DNA of 32,149 nt from an uncultured Acetobacteraceae bacterium (GCA_964251005.1 CAXUIR010000001.1:1-32149); one strand, 5' to 3'. Positions 8,470 to 18,261 are shown, counted from the stretch's first letter. Numbers and translations are program-made. Notes: generated by a model not told the origin, from the letters alone.

Positions 8470-9723
8470 ATGTTCCGTCTGCTGCGCTTGAACCTGGCGA
8501 GTGCCGCCCTGCTTGCCTGCCTGCCCGCGGCCGCGCAACAGGCACCCGCGCGTCCGAACGTGGATGCGCCGGAGCTGGCTGCGCTCGGGCCGTTTGGTGC
8601 GGGGTTGGCTGCGCAGCAGATGGGCCAGGCTGACCGAAAGCTTGCGGTGAGCATCTGGTATCCTGCGCGTGCCGGCGCCGGCCACCCCGGCGTCACCTAC
8701 CATTCCGCGTTGGTGGGACCAGACGGAAGCCCGGTCGCTTTCTCCCTACCCGGCATCGCCGTGGCCGGGGCGCCACCGTCACCTGGCCGCTTTCCGCTTG
8801 TCATCCTTGCTCCTGGCTTCAATAACACGCCGGAGGTTCTGGCCTGGCTGGGGGAGAACTTGGCCACCAAAGGTTACATTGTCGTCGCCCCCGCGTTCCG
8901 CGACCCGCCGATGTTCGACGCGCCGAGCGCGATGTTTGCCGTCGCACACCGGCCGTTGGACATCGCTGCGGTTGCGGTCGAAGCGCAGCGTCTGGCGATG
9001 TCGGGCGACGCGGTGTTCGCGCACGCGGACCCCGACCGCACCGCGGTCGTCGGATACTCCATGGGCGGCTACGGCGCGGTGGCGGCCGCGGGCGCGACGC
9101 TCGATCCCGCGCTCGTCAAGGCGACCGGCGGCGCACTGGCCGACTACGTTGCCGGCGCGTCAAAGGCGGACACGTTGAGAGTGGCGAACCTCAAGGCCGT
9201 GGTTGCTATTTCGCCTGCGACGCATCTACGTTCCCTCGCCTTTTTCGCCCCGAACGCCTTTGCAGCGATCAAGGTGCCGACCTTTCTCATCGCGGGCAGC
9301 CAGGATCATGTGGTGGGATACGACGCGGTTCGCGCGCTGTTCGAGACCGAGACCAACGCGCGGCGCTACTTGCTGACGTTTCGCGAGGCCGGACACAACA
9401 TCGCGCTGAGCCCGGTGCCGGCCGAAATGCGCGCCCGGCTTTGGGACCAGGACTGGTTCGAGGATCCGGTGTGGCGCAAAGAGCGGCTCGTTGGCATCGA
9501 GGCTCACTTCATCACGGCTTTTCTCGACCGCTACGTGAAGAACGATGCAGGCCGCGCCACTTACCTCGATGATCTGGTGACGAACTCTGACAACGGGAGC
9601 TGGCCCGACGCGCCGGCGTTATACGGCGCGTTCAGCCCAGGACCGCCGGCTGCTACGCTATGGAAAGGTTTTCAGGCGGCGCACGTGGCGGGGATGATGC
9701 TGGAGTTCAGGCAAACGAAGTAA
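8470..9723 (+). CDS. Secreted alpha/beta hydrolase (dienelactone hydrolase/PAF-AH-like)
   Basis: GGAGA RBS; signal peptide; GYSMGG nucleophile elbow, GSQDHVV Asp and AGHN His. Confidence 0.88.
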   Translation: MFRLLRLNLASAALLACLPAAAQQAPARPNVDAPELAALGPFGAGLAAQQMGQADRKLAVSIWYPARAGAGHPGVTYHSALVGPDGSPVAFSLPGIAVAGAPPSPGRFPLVILAPGFNNTPEVLAWLGENLATKGYIVVAPAFRDPPMFDAPSAMFAVAHRPLDIAAVAVEAQRLAMSGDAVFAHADPDRTAVVGYSMGGYGAVAAAGATLDPALVKATGGALADYVAGASKADTLRVANLKAVVAISPATHLRSLAFFAPNAFAAIKVPTFLIAGSQDHVVGYDAVRALFETETNARRYLLTFREAGHNIALSPVPAEMRARLWDQDWFEDPVWRKERLVGIEAHFITAFLDRYVKNDAGRATYLDDLVTNSDNGSWPDAPALYGAFSPGPPAATLWKGFQAAHVAGMMLEFRQTK

Positions 9724-9856
9724 GAAAAGCCTTCTTTTTTAAAAATAAAGAAGCAAAAAACTTTTGCCCGGCTGTCGCGGACTTGGCCTGTGAGTCCGCG
9801 ACAGGTGTTGCAGTTTTGCTTCTTTTTTCAGTCTCTGGTTCGAAAGTCGGCCTGGT
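9718..9856. repeat. Cloverleaf copy F (degenerate right arm)
   Basis: CTTC-T6..GAAG, AAAAAACTTTTG, CTGTCGCGGACT...AGTCCGCGACAG; ends TCGAAAGTCGGCCTGGT. Confidence 0.8.
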
Positions 9857-9861
9857 GAGTT

Positions 9862-10077
9862 CACCCCCGTGTTTGCGACTGAGACTCAAAGCAAGGAAGG
9901 CCTTCTTTTTTGAACAAAAGAAGCAACAAACTTTTGCTCTCAGGCCTGCACGACGGCGCGGCCTGGTTCTGCCAGCACGTGTACTTGCATCAGCGCCCGC
10001 TTCTTGAGTCGGGTATCGAATAGGATTCTCTTGTAAAAGACTGCTTCTTCTATGTGTCCGCCTCAAAGCGTGCTGGT
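9862..10077. mobile_element. Putative MITE copy G (shell type of copy C)
   Basis: GCAAGGAAGGCCTTC...AACTTTTGC...GCGGCCTGGTTCTGCC is shared with 17228-17310; ends CTCAAAGCGTGCTGGT. Confidence 0.7.
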
Positions 10078-10157
10078 CCGGGTCAGCCGACGTGCCTTTT
10101 AGAGCACCAGCGCGTCGCCGAGTAGCAAGCTGTCGCATGATCAACCGTCAACTGGCC

Positions 10158-10209
10158 TCCAGGTCGACTTTTCAGACGGACGCTCAAGAAAAGAAGGCTT
10201 TGCGTTCCT
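10158..10209. repeat. Partial repeat arm abutting the TBDR stop codon
   Basis: TCCAGGTCGACTTTTCAGA...CAAGAAAAGAAGGCTTTGC is similar to 8379-8430. Confidence 0.55.
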
Positions 10210-12819
10210 TCAGAAGCGATAACTCAGTTTTACACCCCCCGTCAGCGGCCTATCCACCACGACCGACTCGACAAGCTGCGTCGCGGTGATGAATTCCTGC
10301 CCGCGCTCGTTCGTGATGTTATCGATGAAGAAGTTTGCAGACCAATTGCCGAAACGGAAACCGGCCGACACGTCGAGCTTGGTAATCGGCTGCTGGAAGA
10401 AGTCGGTAAACTGTCCGTTCTCGTAGTTGGAGGTCAGGATCTGCTGCGCGTCGCTACCGGGTGAGCGCAGGATACCGCCGATGTTTGAATGCTCGTGCGC
10501 GGAGTGGCTGAGCACGAACTGCACGTAAGGTTGGTAGGCAAGCTCGAACCACTCGTAGCGTGCGCGCAAAGCCGTCTTGAAAGCAGGCGCCTCTCCCAGC
10601 GTGCCGCCGGCTGGCGAGAACGCGGTGTTCGAACCCGGCAGCGTGCCGCCCGTCGAGGAGGCGATGCCTGGTGCGTTCGTCTGCTTGCTGTCGTTCAGGG
10701 CGATGCTCAGATTGACCGTAAGGTCGTCGATCGGCCGGCCGGTGGCCTGCAGCTCTGTGCCGAGAACCCGAAAGTTCGGCCCGTTGACGGTGAACGCCAG
10801 GTTGCCGAACACGCCTGGTGCGAACAGCGAGGCCTGGGTATTGGTCCAGTCCTCCTTGTAGAACGAGCCGTCCAGGATCAGCCGGTGATCGAAGAAACTT
10901 GCCTTGTAGCCGACTTCATTGTTAGTCAGTGAGTCGGATTGGAAGCCGACGTTGCCCTCCTCTCCGTCGAGCCTGTCTTTCGGTGCCTGCCGGTTGAAGC
11001 CGGGCGGCCGGTAGCCTTCCGAATACGTGTAGTACAGCAGGATGTCCGGCGTGAGCTTGTAAGTGAGGTTTGCCCGGTTCCTGAAGCCGTAGGTGCGGGT
11101 CTGCAGGTGAGAAGCGGTCAGGTTGTGGTCGTTTCCCACAGTGCATGGCGGCGGCCCGGCATAATCGGCCACGGTGCAACCGAAACTGCCGGCGACGTAG
11201 CCCTTCTCGAAATCGTAGAAGTCGAACCAGCGTGTGCCAAACGTCGCTGTCAGGACTTTTGGAATAATGTCGAAATCCGCGGAGCCGAAGATCGCGTACT
11301 GCCTGTAGCCGCGCGTGGCATCGGTAAAGAATCCGGTGCTTGGCGAGCGCACGTTCGGATCGCTGATACCGGATACGTTGAGCGGGCCAATGGGTACGAA
11401 ATTGCCGGTATCCGTCAGGTAGTCAAAATTGGTCTGCTCGGCGACCTTGAAGTCTTCGTAGTAGAAGCCGCCGATCGCGCGCAGCCGCAGGTCATCGGGG
11501 GTGCTGAGGCGGATTTCCTGGCTGAGGTGACTGTCCTGTTCGTGGTCGTTCCAAGTGGCGGCGGGCGAGAAACATTTTGCAGGCGTCCCCTTTGCCCGGT
11601 TTGCCGACTGGCACTGGTAGTAGTCTCCATACACGCCGCGCGCGTAGTTCGTGTAGTCCTGCTGCGATGACGTATGTCGTATGAGGTAGGCACCATCATA
11701 CACTACCTTGAGGAAGCCGACACGGCCGTTGATGGTCAGCGCAGTGTTTTCGAACTGGTCCTCGTTGTAGTTCGACTCGAAGGTCTGTACCGAAAGCGGC
11801 GGCAGCTTGATCGGTTTGCTGCCAGAGGTGTAGGGCTCCTCGTAGAAGACGCCGTGCACGTCCAGGCGCTGCTCCGACTCGGTCAGAAGCGCGTTCCAGT
11901 CGTCATCGAACTTGAACAGCGCCTCGCCACGGAAACCCTCGTAGCGAACGGGGTTGATGTCGTTCTTCGCGGTTTTGAAGTTGTTGACCGAGTTCGTGGC
12001 GTTCGCCGGGCCGGGAACGTTGTTGGTGTAGCCGGCGTAGTGGATGCCGATGTCGGTCGACTGGCGGGCGAAGGTTCCGGGCACGTTGTTGATGTAACCG
12101 CCGCGGTCATCGTCATACGCGGTCAGTCGCAGAGCCAGCTTGTCCTGCACGACCGGGATGTTGATCGTGGCGTCGACGTTGCCGCTCGGATCACCATGCT
12201 CTGTCAGCGCGCCGCCGAGATCGACGGTTCCACCGAACTTGGCCAAGTCCGGCTTGTTGGTTATGTATCGCAACACACCGGCCTGCGCGCCGGAGCCGAA
12301 CAGTGTTCCCTGCGGGCCCTCCAGCACTTCCACCTGCTGCAGGTCGATCGCGTAGATGTCCAGGTTCCGGCCCGGCACCTGAGCCGATTGGTCATCGAGG
12401 TAGACGGCCACGTTGGGGAACGACCCGATGATGCCGCTCTCCTGCGTGCCTCCGGCGCCCAGGCTCAGGCCGCGTATGGCTATGTTGACCTCGCCGGGGC
12501 CCTGCCCCGCTGCGGTCACGTTGGGCAGCTGCGCGACCAGATCGTCGAAGTTCTCGACGTTGGTGCGCTTGAGCGTCTCGCCGCTGAGCACCTGTATCGA
12601 GATTGGCACGTCCTGCAGGTTTTGCGTGCGGCGCTGCGCGGTGACGGTAATGACTTCGGGCTTGCCGGTTCCAGTGCCGGTGCCGGGGTCAGACGAGGGA
12701 TCAGCGGCCTGCGCGTTGGCGCCGGCGATCGCGCTCATGGCCGCGCCGCAAAGCAGTGCGTGTCGAAGGCCGGCCCGGTTGGCGCCGGCATGGCGTGCCT
12801 TGCTGGTGTTTTTGGTCAT
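10210..12819 (-). CDS. TonB-dependent receptor
   Basis: Signal peptide; EVITVTAQRR TonB box; VEVLEGPQGTLFG plug motif; C-terminal KLSYRF. Confidence 0.96.
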   Translation of the reverse strand: MTKNTSKARHAGANRAGLRHALLCGAAMSAIAGANAQAADPSSDPGTGTGTGKPEVITVTAQRRTQNLQDVPISIQVLSGETLKRTNVENFDDLVAQLPNVTAAGQGPGEVNIAIRGLSLGAGGTQESGIIGSFPNVAVYLDDQSAQVPGRNLDIYAIDLQQVEVLEGPQGTLFGSGAQAGVLRYITNKPDLAKFGGTVDLGGALTEHGDPSGNVDATINIPVVQDKLALRLTAYDDDRGGYINNVPGTFARQSTDIGIHYAGYTNNVPGPANATNSVNNFKTAKNDINPVRYEGFRGEALFKFDDDWNALLTESEQRLDVHGVFYEEPYTSGSKPIKLPPLSVQTFESNYNEDQFENTALTINGRVGFLKVVYDGAYLIRHTSSQQDYTNYARGVYGDYYQCQSANRAKGTPAKCFSPAATWNDHEQDSHLSQEIRLSTPDDLRLRAIGGFYYEDFKVAEQTNFDYLTDTGNFVPIGPLNVSGISDPNVRSPSTGFFTDATRGYRQYAIFGSADFDIIPKVLTATFGTRWFDFYDFEKGYVAGSFGCTVADYAGPPPCTVGNDHNLTASHLQTRTYGFRNRANLTYKLTPDILLYYTYSEGYRPPGFNRQAPKDRLDGEEGNVGFQSDSLTNNEVGYKASFFDHRLILDGSFYKEDWTNTQASLFAPGVFGNLAFTVNGPNFRVLGTELQATGRPIDDLTVNLSIALNDSKQTNAPGIASSTGGTLPGSNTAFSPAGGTLGEAPAFKTALRARYEWFELAYQPYVQFVLSHSAHEHSNIGGILRSPGSDAQQILTSNYENGQFTDFFQQPITKLDVSAGFRFGNWSANFFIDNITNERGQEFITATQLVESVVVDRPLTGGVKLSYRF

Positions 12820-13337
12820 GCGCGAGGACTCCTGCGTATCAGCGTCACAACGAACTCATCACATCAAGCCGCTTGCGCAAGCGTATCTCGGCGCAGCGTT
12901 GTTGTCATGCAGGATCGTTCCCCACGCTGACGGCTGTCACGAAAAGATCACGCCGATCCCATTCTTATTTTCGCATGGGCCTATCTATTTAGCGACGGCC
13001 GTCACGAGGGCGGAACAAGCACGCGAGCCCAGGCGTTGTGTCGCTGAACCAAGCTGGCCGGTGCGACGCGTTCTCCGCATTACATAACGCAAAAAACAGC
13101 TTCAGGTGGCAGTTTGCAAGAGATTACAACCGGAGAAGTTTGAGCCTGCATGTCTCGCCGGGCGAGGTTGTGGGCCAACCTCTGATCGATCGTCGCCCAG
13201 CGCTCGGCTTCAGCCGAGGTCTGCCGTGTCTGACACAAGCGACAGAACCCGAATCCGGGCTCGACCAGGCGTGTAGATCAGAGATGTCAATCGCGCAGGT
13301 GTCGATTCAATCCGAGCTCAAAGTGCTATTCTCTGTA

Positions 13338-13531
13338 TACCGGCCGGCTTTGATGCTGACTCACAGCAAGCAAGCAGTCCTTTTTTGAAAAAAAGGACCA
13401 AAAAACTTTTGACTCCGCTATCGCGCGCTCTCCGGATGAGTCCGCGACAGCGTGACAGAAGTTTTTGCTTCTTTTCTTCAAAAAAGAAGGCCTTGCTTGC
13501 TTCAGACGCTCAATCTTCAGGCCCGTTGGTA
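13338..13531. mobile_element. Putative MITE copy I (complete cloverleaf in type-B shell)
   Basis: TACCGGCCGGCTTTGATGCTGACTCAC...AGCAAGCAAG[core]CTTGCTTGCT...CAGGCCCGTTGGTA. Confidence 0.8.
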
Positions 13532-13692
13532 TCAGAGCGCCAGGTTCGTAAGACAACACCCTGCGCAAGTTTGTCTGCCCCGCCGGCGCGACCGAGCAAG
13601 CAAACTACGCTGCCGCCAGCGTATCGGGCTCGAACGCTTACGGTGCCTCGGCGAGGTCAGGTTCTTCGTCTCCTCCGCAAGACCGACCGAAG

Positions 13693-15816
13693 TCAGTGCG
13701 TCTGAGACTTACGAACCTGCTTGTCGTAGCCCTGGCGCTCCTGGTCGATCAGGTAGGCATGAACGGCATCCGCATCTGCCTCCGTCAGCACGTCACTGAA
13801 GTTACCCATGCCCATCGGCGCCAGCGCGCCGTGCAGGACGATGTCCTTGAACATCGCATGCACCTCCGGCGGCAGCTTGCTCAGGTCAGGCGTGATGTTC
13901 GGGCCGAGTACGTGGCAACGCGAGCATTGCGACACGAACTTGTCCTCACCCCGCTGCAATTCCACCAAAGTGGCATGGTTGTCCGGTGGCGCAGGATAGG
14001 GTTCCGCGGCGCGGCGCGGCGGAGTCGGCACCGCGCCGCCATCCAGCTTGAAGACCAGGATGCGGTTCTCGTTCTCGTATCGATACGCCGCGCTGCTGGG
14101 AGGGATCGGATAGCCGATGCCGGAGCCGCCATACCCCGCCTGCACGGCCACGTACTGCTCGCCGTCGATCTCATACGTCATGGGAGCCGCCATGATGTGG
14201 CTGCCGGTGTCCAGAACCTTCAACGTCCTGCCGGTATCGGCGGCATACACCCAAAGCTGTCCGTTGCCGCGGCCCTGGAACACCAAGTTGCCAGCGGTGG
14301 TCAGCACGCCGCCGTCATAGCCGCGGTTGGTGTCCGACGTCGTCTGCTGCCACACGACACGCCTTGCTACCGGGTCCCACGCCTTGAGGATTTCGCGCAC
14401 CAGATGCTCGCCCTTGCGCTCGGTCTGCAAGCTGGCCGTGCTCGGCAACGTGCCGTAGATGCGCTGCGTGGCGGCCGCGTCGTAGGTGTCGTCCGGAATG
14501 AGCCCGTCGGAGGTGAAGAAGCCTTCCATGTGCTGCACTGAGCCGCCATTGGCCTTCATGCTGAACATCACGTTCGGCGCATCGATGGACGGAATGTAGA
14601 CCAGTTTTGTGTCCGGGTCGTAGGACATCGGGTTCCAGGTATGGCCGCCCGCCCAGGATGGGTAGATGTTTTGCGGCTTATGCGCGTAATCCGCAACGCT
14701 GGTCAGGTTGGGGCGGCCGGTCGCGAGGTCGACGCCGTTCGCCCAGTTCACATAGGTGAAAGCGTCCGCCGAAAGCAACGCGCCGGTCGAGCGGTCGAGA
14801 ACGTAGAAAAATCCGTTCTTCGACGCTTGCATCAAGACCTTACGCGTTTTGCCATTAACCGGAAGCTCGGTCAGGATGAATTTCTGAACCGCGTCGTAGT
14901 CCCACTGGTCGCCTGGGGTCTCCTGGTAATACCAGGCCATGCGTCCGCTGCCGGCCTGCACGGCGACGATGCAGGCGGAAAACAGATCGTCCGATCGTGT
15001 CCGGCTGCGGTCCGTTTGAAGGTAGGGCGCCGCGTTGCCCGTGCCGAGAAAAACCAGATCCGCGTCGGGATCGTAGGAAAGCCCGTCCCAGACGGTGCCG
15101 CCATTTTGATACTTGCCGCTCCTGTCCGGACCCCAGCTCTTCGCCGCCAGGGCCAGTTCCGGATGCTCGTACGGCTTGCCAACCGGCGGCGGCACGGTGA
15201 AGAAGCGCCACTTGAACGCGCCGGTCTTGAGATCGTAGGCGGAGATGTAGCCGCGCAGGCCGCCATCGCCCAGATCAGCGCCGGCATTGCCGATGACGAC
15301 CGAGTCACGCGTCAACACCACGGCGCCGGTGCTGGTGTAGGGCTGGGCCGCGTCGATGAAGGTTCCCACGACCCATTGGGCCGTGCCGGTCTTCGCGTCG
15401 ATCGCGTGGATCCGCCCATCCAAGGCCGCCACGAAGACGGTGCCGTCGCGGAAGGCAACGCCACGGTTGACGACGTCGCAGCAGGCGTAGCGGCCCTGGT
15501 CACCCGGTACGCCAGGATCGTAATGCCAGATCTCCTTGCCGGTTCTGGCATCTAACGCATACACGTTGCCCCATACGCCCGAGGTGTACATCACCCCGCC
15601 GACCACCAGAGGCGTGGCTTCCTGGCCTCGTTCGGTGTTCATGTCGTAGTCCCAGGCAAAGCCAAGCCGCGCAACGTTCGACGCGTCCACCCGCTTCAAC
15701 AGCGAGTAATACCGCCCTTGCTGGTCGCCGCCGCCAATCGGCCACTCCCGATCGGCCGCCGCTGCCGAGCCCAGGATGCAGAAGACCAGGGTTATCGCGA
15801 CCCGAATGCTCAACAA
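13693..15816 (-). CDS. PQQ-dependent quinohemoprotein dehydrogenase (type II ADH-like, C-terminal cytochrome c)
   Basis: RGQEATP, vicinal ACCDVVNRG, Trp-docking repeats, WDYDA, KNGFFYVLDR and heme motif CSRCH; signal peptide. Confidence 0.95.
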   Translation of the reverse strand: MLSIRVAITLVFCILGSAAAADREWPIGGGDQQGRYYSLLKRVDASNVARLGFAWDYDMNTERGQEATPLVVGGVMYTSGVWGNVYALDARTGKEIWHYDPGVPGDQGRYACCDVVNRGVAFRDGTVFVAALDGRIHAIDAKTGTAQWVVGTFIDAAQPYTSTGAVVLTRDSVVIGNAGADLGDGGLRGYISAYDLKTGAFKWRFFTVPPPVGKPYEHPELALAAKSWGPDRSGKYQNGGTVWDGLSYDPDADLVFLGTGNAAPYLQTDRSRTRSDDLFSACIVAVQAGSGRMAWYYQETPGDQWDYDAVQKFILTELPVNGKTRKVLMQASKNGFFYVLDRSTGALLSADAFTYVNWANGVDLATGRPNLTSVADYAHKPQNIYPSWAGGHTWNPMSYDPDTKLVYIPSIDAPNVMFSMKANGGSVQHMEGFFTSDGLIPDDTYDAAATQRIYGTLPSTASLQTERKGEHLVREILKAWDPVARRVVWQQTTSDTNRGYDGGVLTTAGNLVFQGRGNGQLWVYAADTGRTLKVLDTGSHIMAAPMTYEIDGEQYVAVQAGYGGSGIGYPIPPSSAAYRYENENRILVFKLDGGAVPTPPRRAAEPYPAPPDNHATLVELQRGEDKFVSQCSRCHVLGPNITPDLSKLPPEVHAMFKDIVLHGALAPMGMGNFSDVLTEADADAVHAYLIDQERQGYDKQVRKSQTH

Positions 15817-15926
15817 GGCCTCCCCGACAGCACAACGGCGACAAGCATGCTCTACTAGCTAGAAACGACTGGCAAATTCAACCGGCCAGCGCGTGGTGTA
15901 GCTGGAAAGGGCGACAAGCCGGATGG

Positions 15927-17018
15927 TCATCCCAGAACCGCCTCGCGTGCCCTGAACGCAAGGGCTGAGTAGTCGCTGAACACGCCGTCGATCCCGGTCT
16001 TGAACAGGGTCCGGAGCAGGAACCCGACATCGCCGGCCTGGCGATCGAAACCCGGCGATGTCGGCTCGCCGATCTGCAGCGATCGCGGCAGGAAGACGTT
16101 CTCCATGCGTGCCGTCCAGCTGTGCACGGCCAATCCGGCGTCGTGCGCGTCGGCGACGAGGCGCGTCGGGACCGGTTTCGGCTGTGCCTTGAAATCCAGC
16201 ACCATGTCCTGGTTGGGGCCGATCGCATCGGCGTAGCTGCGAACAGCCTTCAGCCCATCCTGTGTTGCCATGCCAGTATATGTCATTTGGGGTAGGTCTA
16301 CAGGGCCACCCGAATCGTCCAGCAACTGAACCCGAGGCGCAGACGACAACCGGGAGAAAGTCTTGAGCGCTCCCACTTCGAAACATTGCACGAACACCGG
16401 CGCCGTGCGCGAGTCGAGAGCGTTTATCTTGAGGATCTGGGCCAGGCGATGCTCCAGGGGCAAGCCGATCGAGGCGAAATACGTCGGGTGCTTCATTTCG
16501 GGATACGTGCCGATTATCCGCCCCGTGCGCCGGCTGCCTGCTTTCGCGATGTCGATCACCTCCTGGTAGGTCAGGATCGGCGACAAACCGTCATACTTGG
16601 CGCTGTCGGGACGAAGATGCGGCAATCGCTCCCGGCACCTCAGCGTCTTCAACTCCGCCAGGGTGAAATCTTCGGTGAACCACCCTGTAACGGATGCACC
16701 ATCGATCATCTTGGTCGCCCTGCGCGCAGCGAACTCCGGGTGGGACCCAACGTCCGTCGTGCCACCAATCTCGTTCTCGTGCCGGGCGACTAGATGCCCA
16801 TCCTTGGTCGGCACGAGGTCAGGTTCGATGAAGTCCGCGCCTTCATCGACGGCGAGTTCGTAGGCCAGCCGGGTTTCTTCCGGCCGTTCACCACTGCAAC
16901 CGCGGTGAGCGATCACCAAAGGGTGCCTTGCTGCACCGAGTTGACCTCCATAGGCGCCGCTCGTTGTGCCGGCCGCGCACGTTGCCAAGGCGGCAAGTGT
17001 AGAACGTCGTGTCAGCAC
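15927..17018 (-). CDS. glpQ: Glycerophosphodiester phosphodiesterase, Tat-type signal
   Basis: GGAGG RBS then GTG at 17018; TRRSTL twin-Arg; IAHRG, ADFIEPDL...TKDGHLVARHE and EMKHP motifs. Confidence 0.9.
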   Translation of the reverse strand: MLTRRSTLAALATCAAGTTSGAYGGQLGAARHPLVIAHRGCSGERPEETRLAYELAVDEGADFIEPDLVPTKDGHLVARHENEIGGTTDVGSHPEFAARRATKMIDGASVTGWFTEDFTLAELKTLRCRERLPHLRPDSAKYDGLSPILTYQEVIDIAKAGSRRTGRIIGTYPEMKHPTYFASIGLPLEHRLAQILKINALDSRTAPVFVQCFEVGALKTFSRLSSAPRVQLLDDSGGPVDLPQMTYTGMATQDGLKAVRSYADAIGPNQDMVLDFKAQPKPVPTRLVADAHDAGLAVHSWTARMENVFLPRSLQIGEPTSPGFDRQAGDVGFLLRTLFKTGIDGVFSDYSALAFRAREAVLG

Positions 17019-17199
17019 AGGCGCCTCCAATACACGGTGTGATGCTGCCCGGCTTCTATCCACGCGGCGTGGTTCCAGCGGTCGAAACGCGGCTCGACGC
17101 TGGCGAGCGCGCACGAGTTGACGAACATCCTCTTCGCTTCCTCCTCGTGCCTCGACAAATGTCGCGTTAGGCGGACCCAGAAAGCCGGCTTCGATCTTG

Positions 17200-17415
17200 T
17201 ACTAGCCTGCGTTGGGCTGAAGTTCGCAAGGCAAGAAAGGCCTTCTTTTGCGAAAAGAAGCAAAAAACTTTTGCTTCCAAGCTTGCACTACGGTGCGGCC
17301 TGGTTCTGCCCGCAGGTGTGATTGCGTCAGCAAGCGCTTTTTAATTCTGGTGTGGGGTAAATGCTTTGCAAAAAGGACTGCTCCATTGTTTGTGTCAGCC
17401 CGATGCGGGCTGGCA
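17200..17415. mobile_element. Putative MITE copy J (shell type of copy C)
   Basis: Left end TACTAGCCTGCGTTGGGCTGA and right end TCAGCCCGATGCGGGCTGGCA form an inverted repeat; the core arms lie inside. Confidence 0.75.
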
Positions 17416-18261
17416 TCATTTCTTTGCTGTGGGTTTCGCAGTCCGTGCCACCTTCAGCCTGGCGTCGCGGCGAGGTGTCTCCTCTCCTGAAACCTTCGCG
17501 CTTACGCGCGACAGATCTCTCGCCGAGGTTAGGTTTTGCGGTTCGGATTGGCTCGGCTGTCCTCGAGGCCGAAGCCTTGGTGACGTGTTTAGACTGTCTC
17601 GATGCGTATCAAGCGCCTGCAGCATGGCGCAACCGGAGTTGTGGATGTGGTTTTGCATCATGTGTTCAGCCCGTGGGCCGTCTGCGTCGAAGATCGCTTC
17701 GGCGATCGACTGGTGTTCAGCCGCAGAAATCTCGGCGTAGCCCGGGTCCATGAAACTGTGATAGTGAAACCGGTAGATGGGCAAAACCAACTGCCGTGAT
17801 TGCTCACGGATCAAAGTGTTTTCGGCCATGTCGTAGATGAGTTCGTGGAAGCTCTGGTTGTGGGAGACGTAGAGCTGCCCGGTTCTCAGCACCGTGCGCA
17901 TCTCCGCCATCGACGTGCGAAGCCGCTTTCTGTTGTCGCCCTTGCCGATGTTTTCGGCTGCCAGGCGCGATGCCAAGCCCTCGAGTACCTCGCGGACTTG
18001 GAAGATCTCGGCGACGTCGCGGCTATTGTATTCCCGAACGGCCGCGCCGCGGTTTGGGGTGATCTCCACGAGACCTTCCCCAGTCAGCCGCCTGATGGCT
18101 TCCCTGACCGGCCCGTTGCTGACGCCCAGCATCTTGGTCACGTCGGCGACCACGAGGCGCTGGCCCTGGGCTAGCCGGCCTTCGCGTATGGCATCCCGCA
18201 GCGCCCGGATGGCATACTCCACAACTGTCTCGGCTTGGATCGTGGCGGCGTCCTGCAGCAT
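17416..18261 (-). CDS. GntR family (FCD domain) transcriptional regulator
   Basis: wHTH GQRLV...LGVSNGPVREAIRRLTGEGLVEITPNRGA; FCD domain with NQSFH and EHQSIAEAI. Confidence 0.93.
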   Translation of the reverse strand: MLQDAATIQAETVVEYAIRALRDAIREGRLAQGQRLVVADVTKMLGVSNGPVREAIRRLTGEGLVEITPNRGAAVREYNSRDVAEIFQVREVLEGLASRLAAENIGKGDNRKRLRTSMAEMRTVLRTGQLYVSHNQSFHELIYDMAENTLIREQSRQLVLPIYRFHYHSFMDPGYAEISAAEHQSIAEAIFDADGPRAEHMMQNHIHNSGCAMLQALDTHRDSLNTSPRLRPRGQPSQSEPQNLTSARDLSRVSAKVSGEETPRRDARLKVARTAKPTAKK

